Part shown: positions 10,440-21,088 of the stretch, one piece after another
How positions within the stretch are numbered: position 1 is the stretch's first letter
Layout: the number at the start of each line of letters is the position of its first letter
From: Nitrospirota bacterium
GTDB lineage: Bacteria > Nitrospirota > UBA9217
NCBI GenBank assembly: GCA_963840455.1
Contig: CAWIYV010000008.1
Span: 1 to 64,000, forward strand
Reading direction: 5' to 3'
DNA: 64,000 bases
The notes under the pieces: generated by a model
The model's input: only the letters and a program-made list of their open reading frames with translations
Databases searched by the model: none
What the model was told of the DNA's origin: nothing
Program-made: the position numbers and the translations under genes

Positions 10440-11078
10440 TCAGGGAAAGAACGCTCCTTGCACGATGCCGTGGCGGGTAGCCTCATCATACGCCTTCGAC
10501 TCTGCATCCAGCCAGTTTAACCGCTCATGGCACAAGGATTGGATTATGCGGTCAAGCTCCGCACAGGTAGGCGCCGGCGGCAGTTCGGCCACTGCCCGGG
10601 AAAGCTCGGTCGTGGCTTTCACGACCATGTCGCGATGTCCATTTTCATGCGCCACAAGGCTTTTCATATAATTGTCCCATTTAGCCGCTAGGGACTGCGG
10701 AACGTCGCCGGTGTGCACCCATTTGGGATAGCGGGAGCTTATGTCGACAGTGGCCCTGAAGGAATTGACTGAGCAAGTTTGAGGGGCTCGGTCATGGTCA
10801 TAATCCCATTTCACATGCCAGCTGGTCTCGGAATCGTAGGTTTTTCCATCCTTCCACCTGCAACCGCAACGGCACATCTCGCTTCGCAGCTGGTCTTCGC
10901 TATCCCCTTTGATCTCATAGTATTCATATTTTTCGGAGACGATGGGGGGGAGAATGCTTTTCGCTTGTGGGAAACGGGTCGTTTTATCCAGGCTTGCGAT
11001 GTCAACGGCATTTTCGGCGGCGAACACAGAGGCAGCAATGGCCAGAGGAAGAAAGAATATTAAGAGCCTTTTTATCAT
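10440..11078 (-). CDS. Secreted Zn-dependent protease-like protein (DUF922-like)
   Basis: Signal peptide (SVFA), HENGH zincin motif, YDEATRHG C-terminal motif. Confidence 0.75.
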   Translation of the reverse strand: MIKRLLIFFLPLAIAASVFAAENAVDIASLDKTTRFPQAKSILPPIVSEKYEYYEIKGDSEDQLRSEMCRCGCRWKDGKTYDSETSWHVKWDYDHDRAPQTCSVNSFRATVDISSRYPKWVHTGDVPQSLAAKWDNYMKSLVAHENGHRDMVVKATTELSRAVAELPPAPTCAELDRIIQSLCHERLNWLDAESKAYDEATRHGIVQGAFFP

Positions 11079-11529
11079 GTTCAAGCTTCTCACGATACTT
11101 CGTAGAGCCGGCTTGCACCAACTCGCCGATGGTTTTGGTGGACGATGATAAGGTCCCTTATCTATCAAACGACTTCCTCTATTACTAGATTATCTGAATC
11201 AAGAAAGTTGAGTCGCTTAAAAGACAACGTATTAAATTAAAACAATTATACGACTAGCGGCGTGGGGTTTCAAGCAGGAAGTAATGAAATCGTTCTTATG
11301 CTGTACCTCCGGCCTAGATCTTATTGATCTGGTTGCCGGTGTGGTAAGAGTGACGTTTCTTGCGTACGCTGCCAAGGCCAGCGTCCTTCGACTTCCATAA
11401 TGTCGCCTGCGATGAGGAACTCGAGACCCAAAAGGATAGCCCGTCCCAAGTCTTGCCGGTAAAGTCGGTAAGATTTGCCGGTCTCCCCATGTCGTTTTAC
11501 AAGGAAGCGAACGGTGGCAAGGAGCGCTA

Positions 11530-11870
11530 GGGGGTCTTTCTACGACTGTTTTTTTGAAGCTGCTCTGCCTCAGGATTGCCGCGACAAGCGGGTATCGCTA
11601 CTATTTTTTTATGCTCCCAGCCGCGTTGTTCCTGAGCGCTTTGGTCGTGAAATATCTCGTTTCTGATGCGCAAGGTCACGGGACGGAAAAGATCATTGAG
11701 GCGGTTCATAAAGCATTCCGGCAGGATCAAGGCGGCAGTCGTACCGGTCAAACTCGTCGCCACGATCATTACGATCGCATTCGGCAGATCGGCAGGGAAG
11801 GAAGGCCCGGCTACACAGATCGGCGCAGCTGTAACGTCGACCGTATCCAATCTTCTAAGGTTCGATAATT
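11530..11870 (+). pseudogene. Degenerate fragment of a ClC paralog
   Basis: Translates to LPAALFLSALVVKYL..GHGTEKIIEAVH / VPVKLVATIITIAFGRSAGKEGP, matching about 2195-2530; no start, frameshifted, truncated. Confidence 0.85.
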
Positions 11871-12228
11871 CTCCCTCGTGAAATGACGAACGAAGGCTTT
11901 CGCACAATACGCAGTTTCTGAAATCATTCCCAGAGCGCGCGTGAATCAGTCGGTAGTAGATATTTGTTCGATAGCAGATAGTGTGAAGCGGAGTTGATGT
12001 GTATCCTTTGCCGGTGAACAGCTTCCTGTGCATGGCATTTCCGACGCATCTGGCAAAAAATATCTTAACGAACAGAAGGATAAAATTTACACATAAAATG
12101 CGAAGGTTGTTACAATTGGTAGCAGAACGTGTTGCCTAGAAATGGTATTGAATCTGAGAATAGTATTTTCAGAGTCCGTAAGTGTTTAATAGAATGGTAC
12201 TTACCAAGAAAGTATTTCGTGATTGATT

Positions 12229-12245
12229 TTGGCATATAAAATGCT
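12229..12245 (+). promoter_or_regulatory. sigma54 (-24/-12) promoter
   Basis: TTGGCATATAAAATGCT = GG-N10-GC. Confidence 0.7.
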
Positions 12246-12284
12246 ATAAATTACGTCGTTAACATAACCGGATGTAACCGGTTA

Positions 12285-12977
12285 ATCCTAGGTGGAGACT
12301 GTCAGAAAGGAATAGATGCGTGAGGTAGGAAAAAAACACGTCTGCTTCCCTTTTCCATGGGGCGCGGAGATCGAGAGGAGAAACTGATTATGGTATTGCT
12401 TTTCCTCGGACTTCCGTCAGCCTCATCGGCTTCGAAGGCGTGTTCCCTTTTTCCGCAACGGGAATCCGTCTTCCTCCCTCTGTTCGTTCATTCCTCTCTG
12501 ATAAGATCCCGACAGGAAACCGATTCCGCGCTCAATCCCTGACCGCAAGGGGCAGTGCAGGTGCGGCGCTGTGCCGCGCGACGATGTTCGATGATTCAGC
12601 CCGACCCTGTCGGGTATCCTAGGTGGAGACTGTCAGAAAGGAATAGATGCGTGAGGTAAGGAAAAAACACGTCTGCTTTCCCCTTCCATGGGGCGGAGAT
12701 CGAGAGGATGAGATATTGCTTTTCCTCGGACTTCCGTCAGCCTCATCGGCTTCGAAGGCGTGTTCCCTTTTTCCGCAACGGGAATCCGTCTTCCTCCCTC
12801 TGTTCGTTCATTCCTCTCTGATAAGATCCCGACAGGAAACCGATTCCGCGCTCAATCCCTGACCGCAAGGGCAGTGCAGGTGCGACGCTGTGCCGCGCGA
12901 CGATATTCGATGATTCAGCCCGACCCTGTCGGGTATCCTGGGTGGAGACTGTCAGAAAGGACTGGACGTGCGAGGTG
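12285..12977 (+). repeat. Tandem repeat: two diverged units (331 and 319 bp) plus a ~43-bp partial third unit; candidate structured leader RNA
   Basis: ATCCT(A/G)GGTGGAGACTGTCAGAAAGGA begins at 12285, 12616 and 12935. Confidence 0.9.
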
Positions 12978-12981
12978 TCTT

Positions 12982-13557
12982 ATGACGGAAGAAATAATTG
13001 CCATACAAAGGGAAGAAGTGGCCGAGAAAAATTATGCGCAAGTTCTTGCCGAAATTAATGACAACTTGCGCAGAGTATTCCAGGCGGTCCAGGAGCACTC
13101 GAAGCGTGTGGAACGGGAGACCGGGTTGACCGGTCCCCAGGCCTGGACGATACGGGTTATTGCGGATAACGAGCCCATCAAGATCTCCGACATTGCCCGC
13201 CGAATGTATCTGCATGTGGCCACCGTAGTCGGCATCATCGACCGCCTCGAGATGCGGGATTTTGTTCGACGCACTCGCGACCACAAGGACCGGCGCGTCG
13301 TCTACGTCATGCTGACAGCGGAGGGGAGGGCGTTGATTGCCAATGCACCTCAGGTGGCGCAAAGCCTGCTCCTTTCCGGCTTGGAGGTGCTGCCGAACCG
13401 GAAATTGAAGACCGTTCATGCGGGGATTGAAATACTGGCGAGTATTTTGAGCGTCCAGAATCTGGCCCCACAAATGCTGATCACCGAGGAAACCTGCGGG
13501 CCAATGACATCCTCCAATACGCATGAGAAGGCAGCTGCGAGCGTTCGCAGAGCATAA
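12982..13557 (+). CDS. MarR-family transcriptional regulator
   Basis: GLTGPQ, VVGIIDRLE..FVRRTRDHKDRRVVYVMLTAEG winged-helix signature; GAGGTG RBS. Confidence 0.9.
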   Translation: MTEEIIAIQREEVAEKNYAQVLAEINDNLRRVFQAVQEHSKRVERETGLTGPQAWTIRVIADNEPIKISDIARRMYLHVATVVGIIDRLEMRDFVRRTRDHKDRRVVYVMLTAEGRALIANAPQVAQSLLLSGLEVLPNRKLKTVHAGIEILASILSVQNLAPQMLITEETCGPMTSSNTHEKAAASVRRA

Positions 13558-13624
13558 GGGCCTATGGTTTGAACATCATTGTTTGTCAGAAAATACCAAA
13601 CCATGTGTAATCACGGAAGTAAAC

Positions 13625-13639
13625 GTTACCAATGGTAAC
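13625..13639. promoter_or_regulatory. Palindromic putative operator
   Basis: GTTACC-AAT-GGTAAC in the AT-rich region upstream of the acetate cluster; extra AATGGTAAC half-site near 13697. Confidence 0.4.
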
Positions 13640-13750
13640 ATAAAAATGACTGTTAAATTAATGATATAAATACATAACGTGCTGATTAGTAATTGAAATG
13701 GTAACTGGCATTTTAATTGCTGTTGTTTTATTTTCATAAGGTAAAGACCG

Positions 13751-15652
13751 ATGATTTTAGAAGACGTCATCAAATTCTTGCAGAATGTTCCTCCCTTTCA
13801 GTTCCTCGACGGGGCGTCCTTGGCCGACGTCGCGAAGGACCTGTCCATGGAGTTCTATCCCAAGAACACGGTCATCCTGAAGCAGGACGGACCGCCGAGC
13901 GACTCTCTTCGGATCGTCAAGAAGGGCGGCGTGCGGATCTCCGTCAAGTCGGGAACCGGAGAGGACGTGGTCATTGACTTCCGGGGCGAGGGTGACACCT
14001 TCGGCATCGTTTCCCTCATGAGCAAGGACCGGCAGAAGACGACCATCGTCGCCATTGACGACACCATCTGCTACCTCCTGAATAAGGAACATCTGTACCG
14101 GATCATCGAATCGCATCCCATGTTCACGGAGTACCTCCTCCAGTCCCATTTCACCAAGTACATCGACAAGACCTACCGTGAGATGCACAACAAGAGCCTG
14201 TTCTATGGCAGCAGCGACCACCTGTTGTTCACGACTCAGATCGGGGATATGGCCACGAAGGACATCATCGCCGTCTGTGAGAAAGCAACCATCCGTGAGG
14301 CGGCCGAGGAAATGGTGCGGAACCGCATCAGCTCCGTCATCGTCTTTAACGCCGACGGGCAGCCGACCGGCATCGTGACGGACCGGGACATGCGGGAGAA
14401 GGTGGTGGCGCGGGCCCGGAATGTGAACGATTCGGTGAAGGACATCATGTCGCTCCCCCTGGTGCGCGTGGACGTAAAGGACTACTGCTTCGAAGCCGTC
14501 CTCCGTATGATCAAGCACAACATCCACCACATCCTGGTGATCAAGGAGGGGACGCTCAAGGGCGTACTGACGAACCACGACCTCATGCTGCTCCAGGGAT
14601 CGTCACCGCTGTCCTTCGCCAAGGACCTCGAGAGCCAGCAGACCATCGAGGGACTGATCCCCGTATCAGTGAAGATCAACCGGGTGGTGGGCCTTCTGCT
14701 GAAGGAAGGCGCCCGGGCGAGCAACATCACCAAGATCATCACGGAACTGAACGACCGGCTAGTGCGGAAGGTGCTGGAGATCGCCGAGAAGCAGTTCGGA
14801 CAGCCGCCAGTGGCCTACTGCTGGGTGTCCCTCGGGAGCGAGGGCAGGAAAGAACAGACCTTCAAGACCGACCAGGACAATGCCGTCATCTACGCCGATC
14901 CGGAAACAACGATGCAGGAAGCGGAGATCCGGCGTTACTTCACGGAATTCACCGGGTTCGTGAAGGACGGCCTCCTGCGGTGCGGCTTCCCGCCCTGCCC
15001 CGCGGACTACATGCCGACCAATCCGAAGTGGTGCCAGCCGCTCGGGGTGTGGAAAAAATACATCTCCGACTGGGTGTCCACGCCTACGCCGGACGCGCTC
15101 TTGAACGCGCTCACCTTCTTCGATTTCCGTCCGTTGCACGGCGAGAACGCGCTGGCTGAGGACCTGAGGACCTACCTTATCGGCGCCCTGAAGGACCAGA
15201 AGGTCTTTCTGGGGCACCTTGCCAACATGGCGATCAAGAACTCGCCTCCCATCGGGTTCTTCAAGTCATTTGTCGTGGAGAAGGACGGCGAGCACAAGAA
15301 CGAGTTGAACCTCAAGGTCAAGGGGGTCGCCCCGCTCGTGGACATCATACGGCTTTTCGCGCTCGAGCGCGGCATCCGCGAGACCTCGACGCTGGAACGC
15401 ATCGCTGCGCTCCGTGCAAGCCATACGATCGTTCAGGAATATGCCGACGAGTTCGAACACGCATTCGAGTTCATCATGCTCCTGCGGATCCATCACCAGT
15501 TCTCCCAGTTGAGCGTCGGCGGGGCGCCGGACAACTTCATCAACCCCAACAAGCTGAGCAACCTTGAGAAAAGGTCCATCAAGGACGCCTTCCATCTCAT
15601 CACCACGGTGCAGGACCTGATCATCGAACGATACAAGTCGCTGATCTGGTGA
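13751..15652 (+). CDS. cNMP-binding / CBS-pair / DUF294 nucleotidyltransferase-like signalling protein
   Basis: N-terminal cNMP domain, GIVTDRD CBS motif, LGSEGRKEQTFKTDQDNA. Confidence 0.92.
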   Translation: MILEDVIKFLQNVPPFQFLDGASLADVAKDLSMEFYPKNTVILKQDGPPSDSLRIVKKGGVRISVKSGTGEDVVIDFRGEGDTFGIVSLMSKDRQKTTIVAIDDTICYLLNKEHLYRIIESHPMFTEYLLQSHFTKYIDKTYREMHNKSLFYGSSDHLLFTTQIGDMATKDIIAVCEKATIREAAEEMVRNRISSVIVFNADGQPTGIVTDRDMREKVVARARNVNDSVKDIMSLPLVRVDVKDYCFEAVLRMIKHNIHHILVIKEGTLKGVLTNHDLMLLQGSSPLSFAKDLESQQTIEGLIPVSVKINRVVGLLLKEGARASNITKIITELNDRLVRKVLEIAEKQFGQPPVAYCWVSLGSEGRKEQTFKTDQDNAVIYADPETTMQEAEIRRYFTEFTGFVKDGLLRCGFPPCPADYMPTNPKWCQPLGVWKKYISDWVSTPTPDALLNALTFFDFRPLHGENALAEDLRTYLIGALKDQKVFLGHLANMAIKNSPPIGFFKSFVVEKDGEHKNELNLKVKGVAPLVDIIRLFALERGIRETSTLERIAALRASHTIVQEYADEFEHAFEFIMLLRIHHQFSQLSVGGAPDNFINPNKLSNLEKRSIKDAFHLITTVQDLIIERYKSLIW

Positions 15653-15709
15653 ACGAGATCGCGGATTTCGATGTGCCGAGCGCGCTCCCGGCAGCGAGAG
15701 GGAGACCCT

Positions 15710-16417
15710 ATGTTCGATCGATTCGGGGGAAGAACGAAAACACCGTTCAGCGTTGACGGGACAACACCGATCACCGCGGCGAGGTATGTTGTATTCGATA
15801 CGGAGTTGACGGGCCTCGACGAGAAGAGGGACGCCATCGTTTCCCTGGGCGCCGTCCGGATGACCGGCGGAACGATCCATCTCGGCGAGACCTTCTACCG
15901 CCTCGTGAATCCCGGAAAAGCGATCGCGGCCTCGAGCGTCGTCATCCACGAGATCACACCTGCAGACGTGCAGGAACAGCCGGGCATCGAGACCGCACTC
16001 CGGGACTTCCTTAGCTTCTGTGGACAGGCCGTGCTCGTGGGCCATTTCGTGTCCATCGACCGCGGTTTCCTGGACCGTGATATGCGGCAGATCTCCGGGA
16101 AACCCTGCGCGCTGCCGGTCATCGATACCTTCAGTATATATACCTGGCTCCGGCAGCGACTGCAGAACGCGGAACACTTCATGGCTCCGGAGACCGGCGT
16201 GAAGCTGTACGACATCGCGAAGTGCTTCAGCATTGCGGTAGAGGGGGCGCACAATGCCCTGCAGGACGCCTTCATCACGGCCCAGCTGCTGCAGCGGTTC
16301 CTGCCCCTGCTGGGAGCGGCGGGGGTAATGGATATCGCCGATCTGCTGAGGATCGGGACGCCCTTCGAGGGGGGAGACCATCACCGCCCGCCGATCGGCG
16401 AGTTCAGCAATTTTTAA
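15710..16417 (+). CDS. DEDDh 3'-5' exonuclease (DnaQ-like)
   Basis: VFDTELTGL, LVGHFVSID, HNALQDA. Confidence 0.88.
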   Translation: MFDRFGGRTKTPFSVDGTTPITAARYVVFDTELTGLDEKRDAIVSLGAVRMTGGTIHLGETFYRLVNPGKAIAASSVVIHEITPADVQEQPGIETALRDFLSFCGQAVLVGHFVSIDRGFLDRDMRQISGKPCALPVIDTFSIYTWLRQRLQNAEHFMAPETGVKLYDIAKCFSIAVEGAHNALQDAFITAQLLQRFLPLLGAAGVMDIADLLRIGTPFEGGDHHRPPIGEFSNF

Positions 16418-16462
16418 GGACCGCGCGAATGCGGATATCCTATCTCACAAGGAGGTAACACG

Positions 16463-16777
16463 ATGAGCAGTAAAATGAAGAAAGAAGACCTTCTGAACGA
16501 CGAGGACTTCAAGACATTGGTGGGCCAGAAGAACACCATTTCCTGGATCCTCACGGTCCTGGAACTGGTGCTGTACTTCGGGTTCATCGCCCTGATCGCG
16601 TTCAACAAGCCGTTCCTGGCGCAGAAGTTGACCGCGGGCAAGGCGACCACGATCGGTATCCCCATTGCCGTGGGCACGATCCTCTTATCGTGGGTGTTCA
16701 CGGGGATTTATATCTTCTGGGCAAACACCAAGTATGACGCCATGGTCAAGAAACTCAAAGATAAGGTTGGAGGCTAA
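16463..16777 (+). CDS. DUF485 (YjcH-like) small membrane protein
   Basis: Two TM helices, [10 protein letters not shown], directly upstream of actP; AGGAGGT RBS. Confidence 0.88.
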   Translation: MSSKMKKEDLLNDEDFKTLVGQKNTISWILTVLELVLYFGFIALIAFNKPFLAQKLTAGKATTIGIPIAVGTILLSWVFTGIYIFWANTKYDAMVKKLKDKVGG

Positions 16778-16779
16778 CG

Positions 16780-18582
16780 ATGCATACGACGACGATTGGT
16801 ACCTTAAATATCACTTCGGTCATATTCTTCCTTCTGTTCGTTGCGAGCACGCTGGCAATCACGTGGTGGGCGGCCAAGCGGACGCGCACGACGAAGGATT
16901 TCTACGCTGCAGGCAGGAGCATCACGGGTTTCCAGAACGGTCTCGCCCTTGCGGGCGACTACATGAGCGCCGCCTCGTTCCTCGGCATCGCGGGCCTCGT
17001 GTCCACCCGCGGCTATGACGGCCTGATCTACTCGGTGGGCTGGCTCGTGGGTTGGCCCATCATCATGTTCCTGATCTCCGAACCGCTCCGGAACCTCGGC
17101 AAGTACACCTTTGCCGACGTGGTCGCCTTCAGGCTCTCGCAGCGCCCCATCCGGGCTGCCGCGGCGGCAGGCTCTCTCGCCGTGGTGATCTTCTACCTTA
17201 TCGCGCAGATGGTGGGAGCAGGCACCCTGTTCAAGCTGATGTTCGGACTTCCTTTCGAAATGGCCCTTGTTCTCGTGGGCATCCTGATGATTTCCTACGT
17301 GCTCTTCGGCGGCATGATCGCGACCACCTGGGTGCAGATCATCAAGGCAGGTCTGCTGCTGGGCGGCGCCACGCTCCTCGTGGTCATGGTGCTGTACAAG
17401 GTGGACTTCAGCTACGGCAATCTCTTCGGCCAGGCTGCTGCCAAATACGGCGACAAGTTCCTTGAGCCGGGCCAGCTGGTGACCGACCCGGTCGACGCCT
17501 TCTCGCTCGGACTTGCTCTCATGTTCGGCACGGCCGGACTTCCGCACATCCTGATGCGGTTCTACACCGTGCCTGACGTACAGGCAGCGCGCAAGTCGGT
17601 GTTCTACGCCACCGGGTTCATCGGCTACTTCTACATCCTGACCGTGACCATCGGCTTCGGCGCGGCGGTCCTGATCGGCGCCGACTCCGGTAAGCTTGGC
17701 CGCGACATCATCATGACCATTGACAAGGGCGGCAACATGGCCGGTCCGCTCCTGGCAGAGGCGCTGGGCGGCCCCATATTCCTCGGCTTCCTGGCTGCGG
17801 TAGCCTTCGCGACCATCCTTGCTGTGGTGGCCGGCCTCACCCTGGCAGGAGCATCGGCTCTCTCCCATGATCTGTACGTCGGGGTGATCCGCCGCGGACA
17901 GTCGAACGAGAAAGAAGAAGTGAAGGTGGCCAAGATCGCAACGGTTGTTCTCGGCGTGACCGCGATGCTGCTGGCCATGGCGTTCAAGGGCCAGAACGTG
18001 GCCTTCATGGTCGGCCTTGCCTTCGCCATTGCTGCGAGCGCGAACTTCCCGGCATTGATTCTTTCGCTCATGTGGAAGAAGTTCTCGACCCAGGCGGCCG
18101 TGTGGAGCATCTATAGTGGCATGGTCTCCGCAGTGCTCTTCATCGTGCTTTCGCCCACGGTGTATATCGACATCCTGCACAAGGACACGATGGCCGCCAT
18201 CACCAAGCAGGTGACCGAGATCGACGGAAAGGCCAAGACCATAGACGCCGAGATCGAGGCCCTGACCAAGCAGATCGTTCCCGCAGATGCGATCGCGAAA
18301 TTGAAGAAGAAAGAGCAGCCCGCCGCCGCGAAGAAGAACGCCGATCTCCAGTCGTCGATCGACGGCAAGAAGAAGGACAAGGATGCCCTGGCGGCGCAGA
18401 AGACGGCCGCAAATGCCACGAAACCGGTTGCGCCGATCAAGTATCGGAACCCGGGCATCTTATCCATGGCGATCGCGTTCCTGGTCGGCATTCTCTTCTC
18501 TTTTATCTTCCCGGAGAAGGACGCGGAAGCGAAATTTGCCACAGAAAAGCTCCGGGAGTACGTCGGTATCGGAGCGGAATAG
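16780..18582 (+). CDS. actP: Cation/acetate symporter ActP
   Basis: [41 protein letters not shown]. Confidence 0.93.
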   Translation: MHTTTIGTLNITSVIFFLLFVASTLAITWWAAKRTRTTKDFYAAGRSITGFQNGLALAGDYMSAASFLGIAGLVSTRGYDGLIYSVGWLVGWPIIMFLISEPLRNLGKYTFADVVAFRLSQRPIRAAAAAGSLAVVIFYLIAQMVGAGTLFKLMFGLPFEMALVLVGILMISYVLFGGMIATTWVQIIKAGLLLGGATLLVVMVLYKVDFSYGNLFGQAAAKYGDKFLEPGQLVTDPVDAFSLGLALMFGTAGLPHILMRFYTVPDVQAARKSVFYATGFIGYFYILTVTIGFGAAVLIGADSGKLGRDIIMTIDKGGNMAGPLLAEALGGPIFLGFLAAVAFATILAVVAGLTLAGASALSHDLYVGVIRRGQSNEKEEVKVAKIATVVLGVTAMLLAMAFKGQNVAFMVGLAFAIAASANFPALILSLMWKKFSTQAAVWSIYSGMVSAVLFIVLSPTVYIDILHKDTMAAITKQVTEIDGKAKTIDAEIEALTKQIVPADAIAKLKKKEQPAAAKKNADLQSSIDGKKKDKDALAAQKTAANATKPVAPIKYRNPGILSMAIAFLVGILFSFIFPEKDAEAKFATEKLREYVGIGAE

Positions 18583-18615
18583 TACCGGACCGCATGCGAA
18601 CGAGACGGTGATCGT

Positions 18616-18648
18616 CCGGTGGAGGGTTTCGGCCCTCCACCGGTTTTT
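18616..18648 (+). terminator. Terminator-like hairpin between actP and acs
   Basis: CCGGTGGAGGG-TTTCGG-CCCTCCACCGG-TTTTT. Confidence 0.7.
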
Positions 18649-18695
18649 CCTGTCGTTCGAACGCATCAACGAAGCGAATAAGGAGGCAGTTCACT

Positions 18696-20672
18696 ATGGC
18701 CGAAAAGAAAGGCATCGAGGTATTGTCGACGGAGAAAAGGACCTTTCCTCCGTCGAAGGCCTTCAGCGAGAAGGCGCACATCAAGAGCATGGCCGAGTAC
18801 GAGAAGATGTACAAGGCGTCGGTGGAGAACCCGGACAAGTTCTGGGCCGAGCAGGCCGAGAAGAACCTGACGTGGTACAAGAAATGGGACAAGGTGCTGG
18901 ACTACGATTTCCACAAGCCCTACATCAAGTGGTTCCAGGGCGGGAAACTGAACGCGTCGGTGCAGTGCCTCGACCGGCACGTGAACAACGCTACGCGGAA
19001 CAAGGCAGCGCTCATCTGGGAGGCCGACGGAGGCGAGTACCGGACCTTCACGTACCAGCAGCTGTACATGGAAGTGAACAAGTTCGCCAACGTGCTGAAG
19101 AAGAAAGGGATCAAGAAGGGCGACCGGGTGACGATCTATCTTCCCATGATCCCGGAGCTCGCGATCTCCATGCTGGCCTGCGCCCGCATCGGCGCCATCC
19201 ACTCCATCGTGTTCGGCGGGTTCTCCGCCAAGTCCATGATCGATCGCATTCAGGACTGCCAGTCGTCGCTGCTTATCACCGCCGATGAAGGCATGCGGGG
19301 CGGCAAGTTCGTGGCGCTCAAAGCGAACGCAGACGAAGCGCTGAACGAGTGCCCGACGGTCAAGAACGTCATTGTCGTCAAGCGCGCAACGGGAAAGATG
19401 CCGATGGAGCCGGGCCGCGACACGTGGTGGCATGACGAAGTGAATGCCCCCGGCATCGGCCTGTACTGTGAGCCCGAGAAGATGGACGCCGAGGACCCGC
19501 TCTTCATCCTGTATACGTCCGGTTCCACAGGCAAGCCCAAGGGAGTGCTGCACACCACGGCGGGGTACATGCTGTATACCAACCTGTCCTTCAAGTACAT
19601 CTTCGATTATCACGATGAGGACATCCACTTCTGCACCGCCGACATCGGTTGGGTGACGGGCCATAGCTACATCGTCTACGGACCGCTCTCCGCCGGCGCC
19701 ACGAGCCTCATGTTCGAAGGCATCCCGAGCTATCCCAACCCGGGCCGGTTCTGGGACATCGTTGACAAGCACCGCGTGAACATCTTCTACACGGCGCCGA
19801 CGGCCATCCGCGCCCTGATGAAGGAAGGCGAAAAATGGGTCACGAACCACGACCTGTCGAGCCTCAAGGTTCTCGGCTCCGTGGGCGAGCCCATCAACCC
19901 CGAGGCCTGGATGTGGTACCACAAGAACGTGGGCCGCGAGAAGCTTCCCATCGTGGACACATGGTGGCAGACCGAGACGGGCGGCATCCTGATCACGCCG
20001 CTGCCCGGCGCCATGACCACCAAGCCCGGCTCGGCGACAAGGCCGTTCTTCGGCGTGGTTCCCCGTGTCCTCAAGGACGATGGCACGCCCGCCAAGGTAA
20101 ACGAGGGCGGCAAGCTCGTCATCGAAAAGCCCTGGCCCGGCATGCTGCGCGGCACCTACGGTGATCCCGAGAACAAGCGCATCAAGGAGGTCTACTTCTC
20201 GACCTACCCGGGCGTTTACTTCACCGGCGACGGCGCGCGGGTCGACGAGGACGGGGACTACTGGCTCATGGGCCGCGTTGACGATGTGATCAACGTGTCC
20301 GGCCACCGCCTCGGCACCGCCGAGGTGGAGTCCGCGTTGGTGAGCCATCCCGCCGTGGCCGAGGCCGCGGTCGTGGGCTATCCCCACGACATCAAGGGAG
20401 AGGGCATCTACGTGTACGTGACGCTCAAGGAAGGCCAGACCCCGAGCGATGACCTGAAGAAGATCCTGGTGGGCCATGTGCGGACGGTCATCGGCCCCAT
20501 CGCCACGCCGGACAAGCTGCAGTTCGCGCCGGGCCTGCCCAAGACACGGAGCGGCAAGATCATGCGGCGCATCCTGCGGAAGATCGCGCATAACCAGGTC
20601 GACGAGCTCGGCGACACGTCGACGCTGGCCGATCCGTCGGTGGTCGATTCGCTGGTGAAGGGGAAATTGTAA
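18696..20672 (+). CDS. acs: Acetyl-CoA synthetase (AMP-forming)
   Basis: [32 protein letters not shown]. Confidence 0.97.
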   Translation: MAEKKGIEVLSTEKRTFPPSKAFSEKAHIKSMAEYEKMYKASVENPDKFWAEQAEKNLTWYKKWDKVLDYDFHKPYIKWFQGGKLNASVQCLDRHVNNATRNKAALIWEADGGEYRTFTYQQLYMEVNKFANVLKKKGIKKGDRVTIYLPMIPELAISMLACARIGAIHSIVFGGFSAKSMIDRIQDCQSSLLITADEGMRGGKFVALKANADEALNECPTVKNVIVVKRATGKMPMEPGRDTWWHDEVNAPGIGLYCEPEKMDAEDPLFILYTSGSTGKPKGVLHTTAGYMLYTNLSFKYIFDYHDEDIHFCTADIGWVTGHSYIVYGPLSAGATSLMFEGIPSYPNPGRFWDIVDKHRVNIFYTAPTAIRALMKEGEKWVTNHDLSSLKVLGSVGEPINPEAWMWYHKNVGREKLPIVDTWWQTETGGILITPLPGAMTTKPGSATRPFFGVVPRVLKDDGTPAKVNEGGKLVIEKPWPGMLRGTYGDPENKRIKEVYFSTYPGVYFTGDGARVDEDGDYWLMGRVDDVINVSGHRLGTAEVESALVSHPAVAEAAVVGYPHDIKGEGIYVYVTLKEGQTPSDDLKKILVGHVRTVIGPIATPDKLQFAPGLPKTRSGKIMRRILRKIAHNQVDELGDTSTLADPSVVDSLVKGKL

Positions 20673-20701
20673 GTCTCTGTCAGCAATATGATCTCTCCTT
20701 G

Positions 20702-20739
20702 AGGGGGAGCGGGGCTGCCTGCCTGCTCCCCCTTTTTTA
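20702..20739 (+). terminator. Rho-independent terminator after acs
   Basis: GGGGGAGCGGG...CCTGCTCCCCC-TTTTTT. Confidence 0.75.
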
Positions 20740-20781
20740 TCGTTATTTGTCGGCAGATGCCTGTTATCGTGAAAAGAATTA

Positions 20782-20883
20782 AGGCTCATCTTTGCAGAGG
20801 TCGGCAAACGGATCGGTGTCTTTACTGATACCGTCCATTCTGATATGGTATTCGTCGTCGCAGTCACAACACTCTTTCCACTG
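20782..20883 (+). pseudogene. Remnant of a CPA2 antiporter C-terminus
   Basis: Reads RLIFAEVGKRIGVFTDTVHSDMVFVVAVTTLFPL, versus GLIFAEVGKRNGIFDDSVYAVVVFVVAVTTLLAPL at 556-660. Confidence 0.75.
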
Positions 20884-21059
20884 AACATCATGCATTCGGT
20901 CACGGGCCGCGGACCCGTTCGTGAGTGCAGCTCTGCCGGGTAGAGAAGGCTCTTGATGTCATGAAGCCAGTCGTGCGGGAGGGAGGCCATCTTATCGCAC
21001 GCGGACAGGCTGTCACCCCCCCCTCTCATAATAGATATTTATACGGCTATAAATAATGC

Positions 21060-21088
21060 TTGCCAAGCATCAAAATTTAAGGTAGAGT
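21060..21088 (+). promoter_or_regulatory. Putative sigma70 promoter upstream of fdhA1
   Basis: TTGCCA-17 bp-TAGAGT. Confidence 0.4.

Noticed and set aside
12285-12977. CRISPR array or cobalamin riboswitch
   Set aside because: The segments between repeat heads are ~280 bp and nearly identical, and there are no cas genes. The resemblance to B12 elements (GCGCTGTGCCGC, GGAGACTGTC) is too weak and lacks a proper B12 box.
12760-12981. N-terminal extension of MarR given in the ORF track (similar extensions on panD, pseudopilin 37799, lipoprotein 57694 and fdhA2 28389)
   Set aside because: The extensions are translated repeats or leaders; more plausible starts lie downstream
18666-21029. Long antisense ORFs (also 39075..40460, 40476..42329, 42223..44250, 16804..18180 and others)
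   Set aside because: Shadows of well-supported plus-strand genes with high GC3; no recognisable motifs
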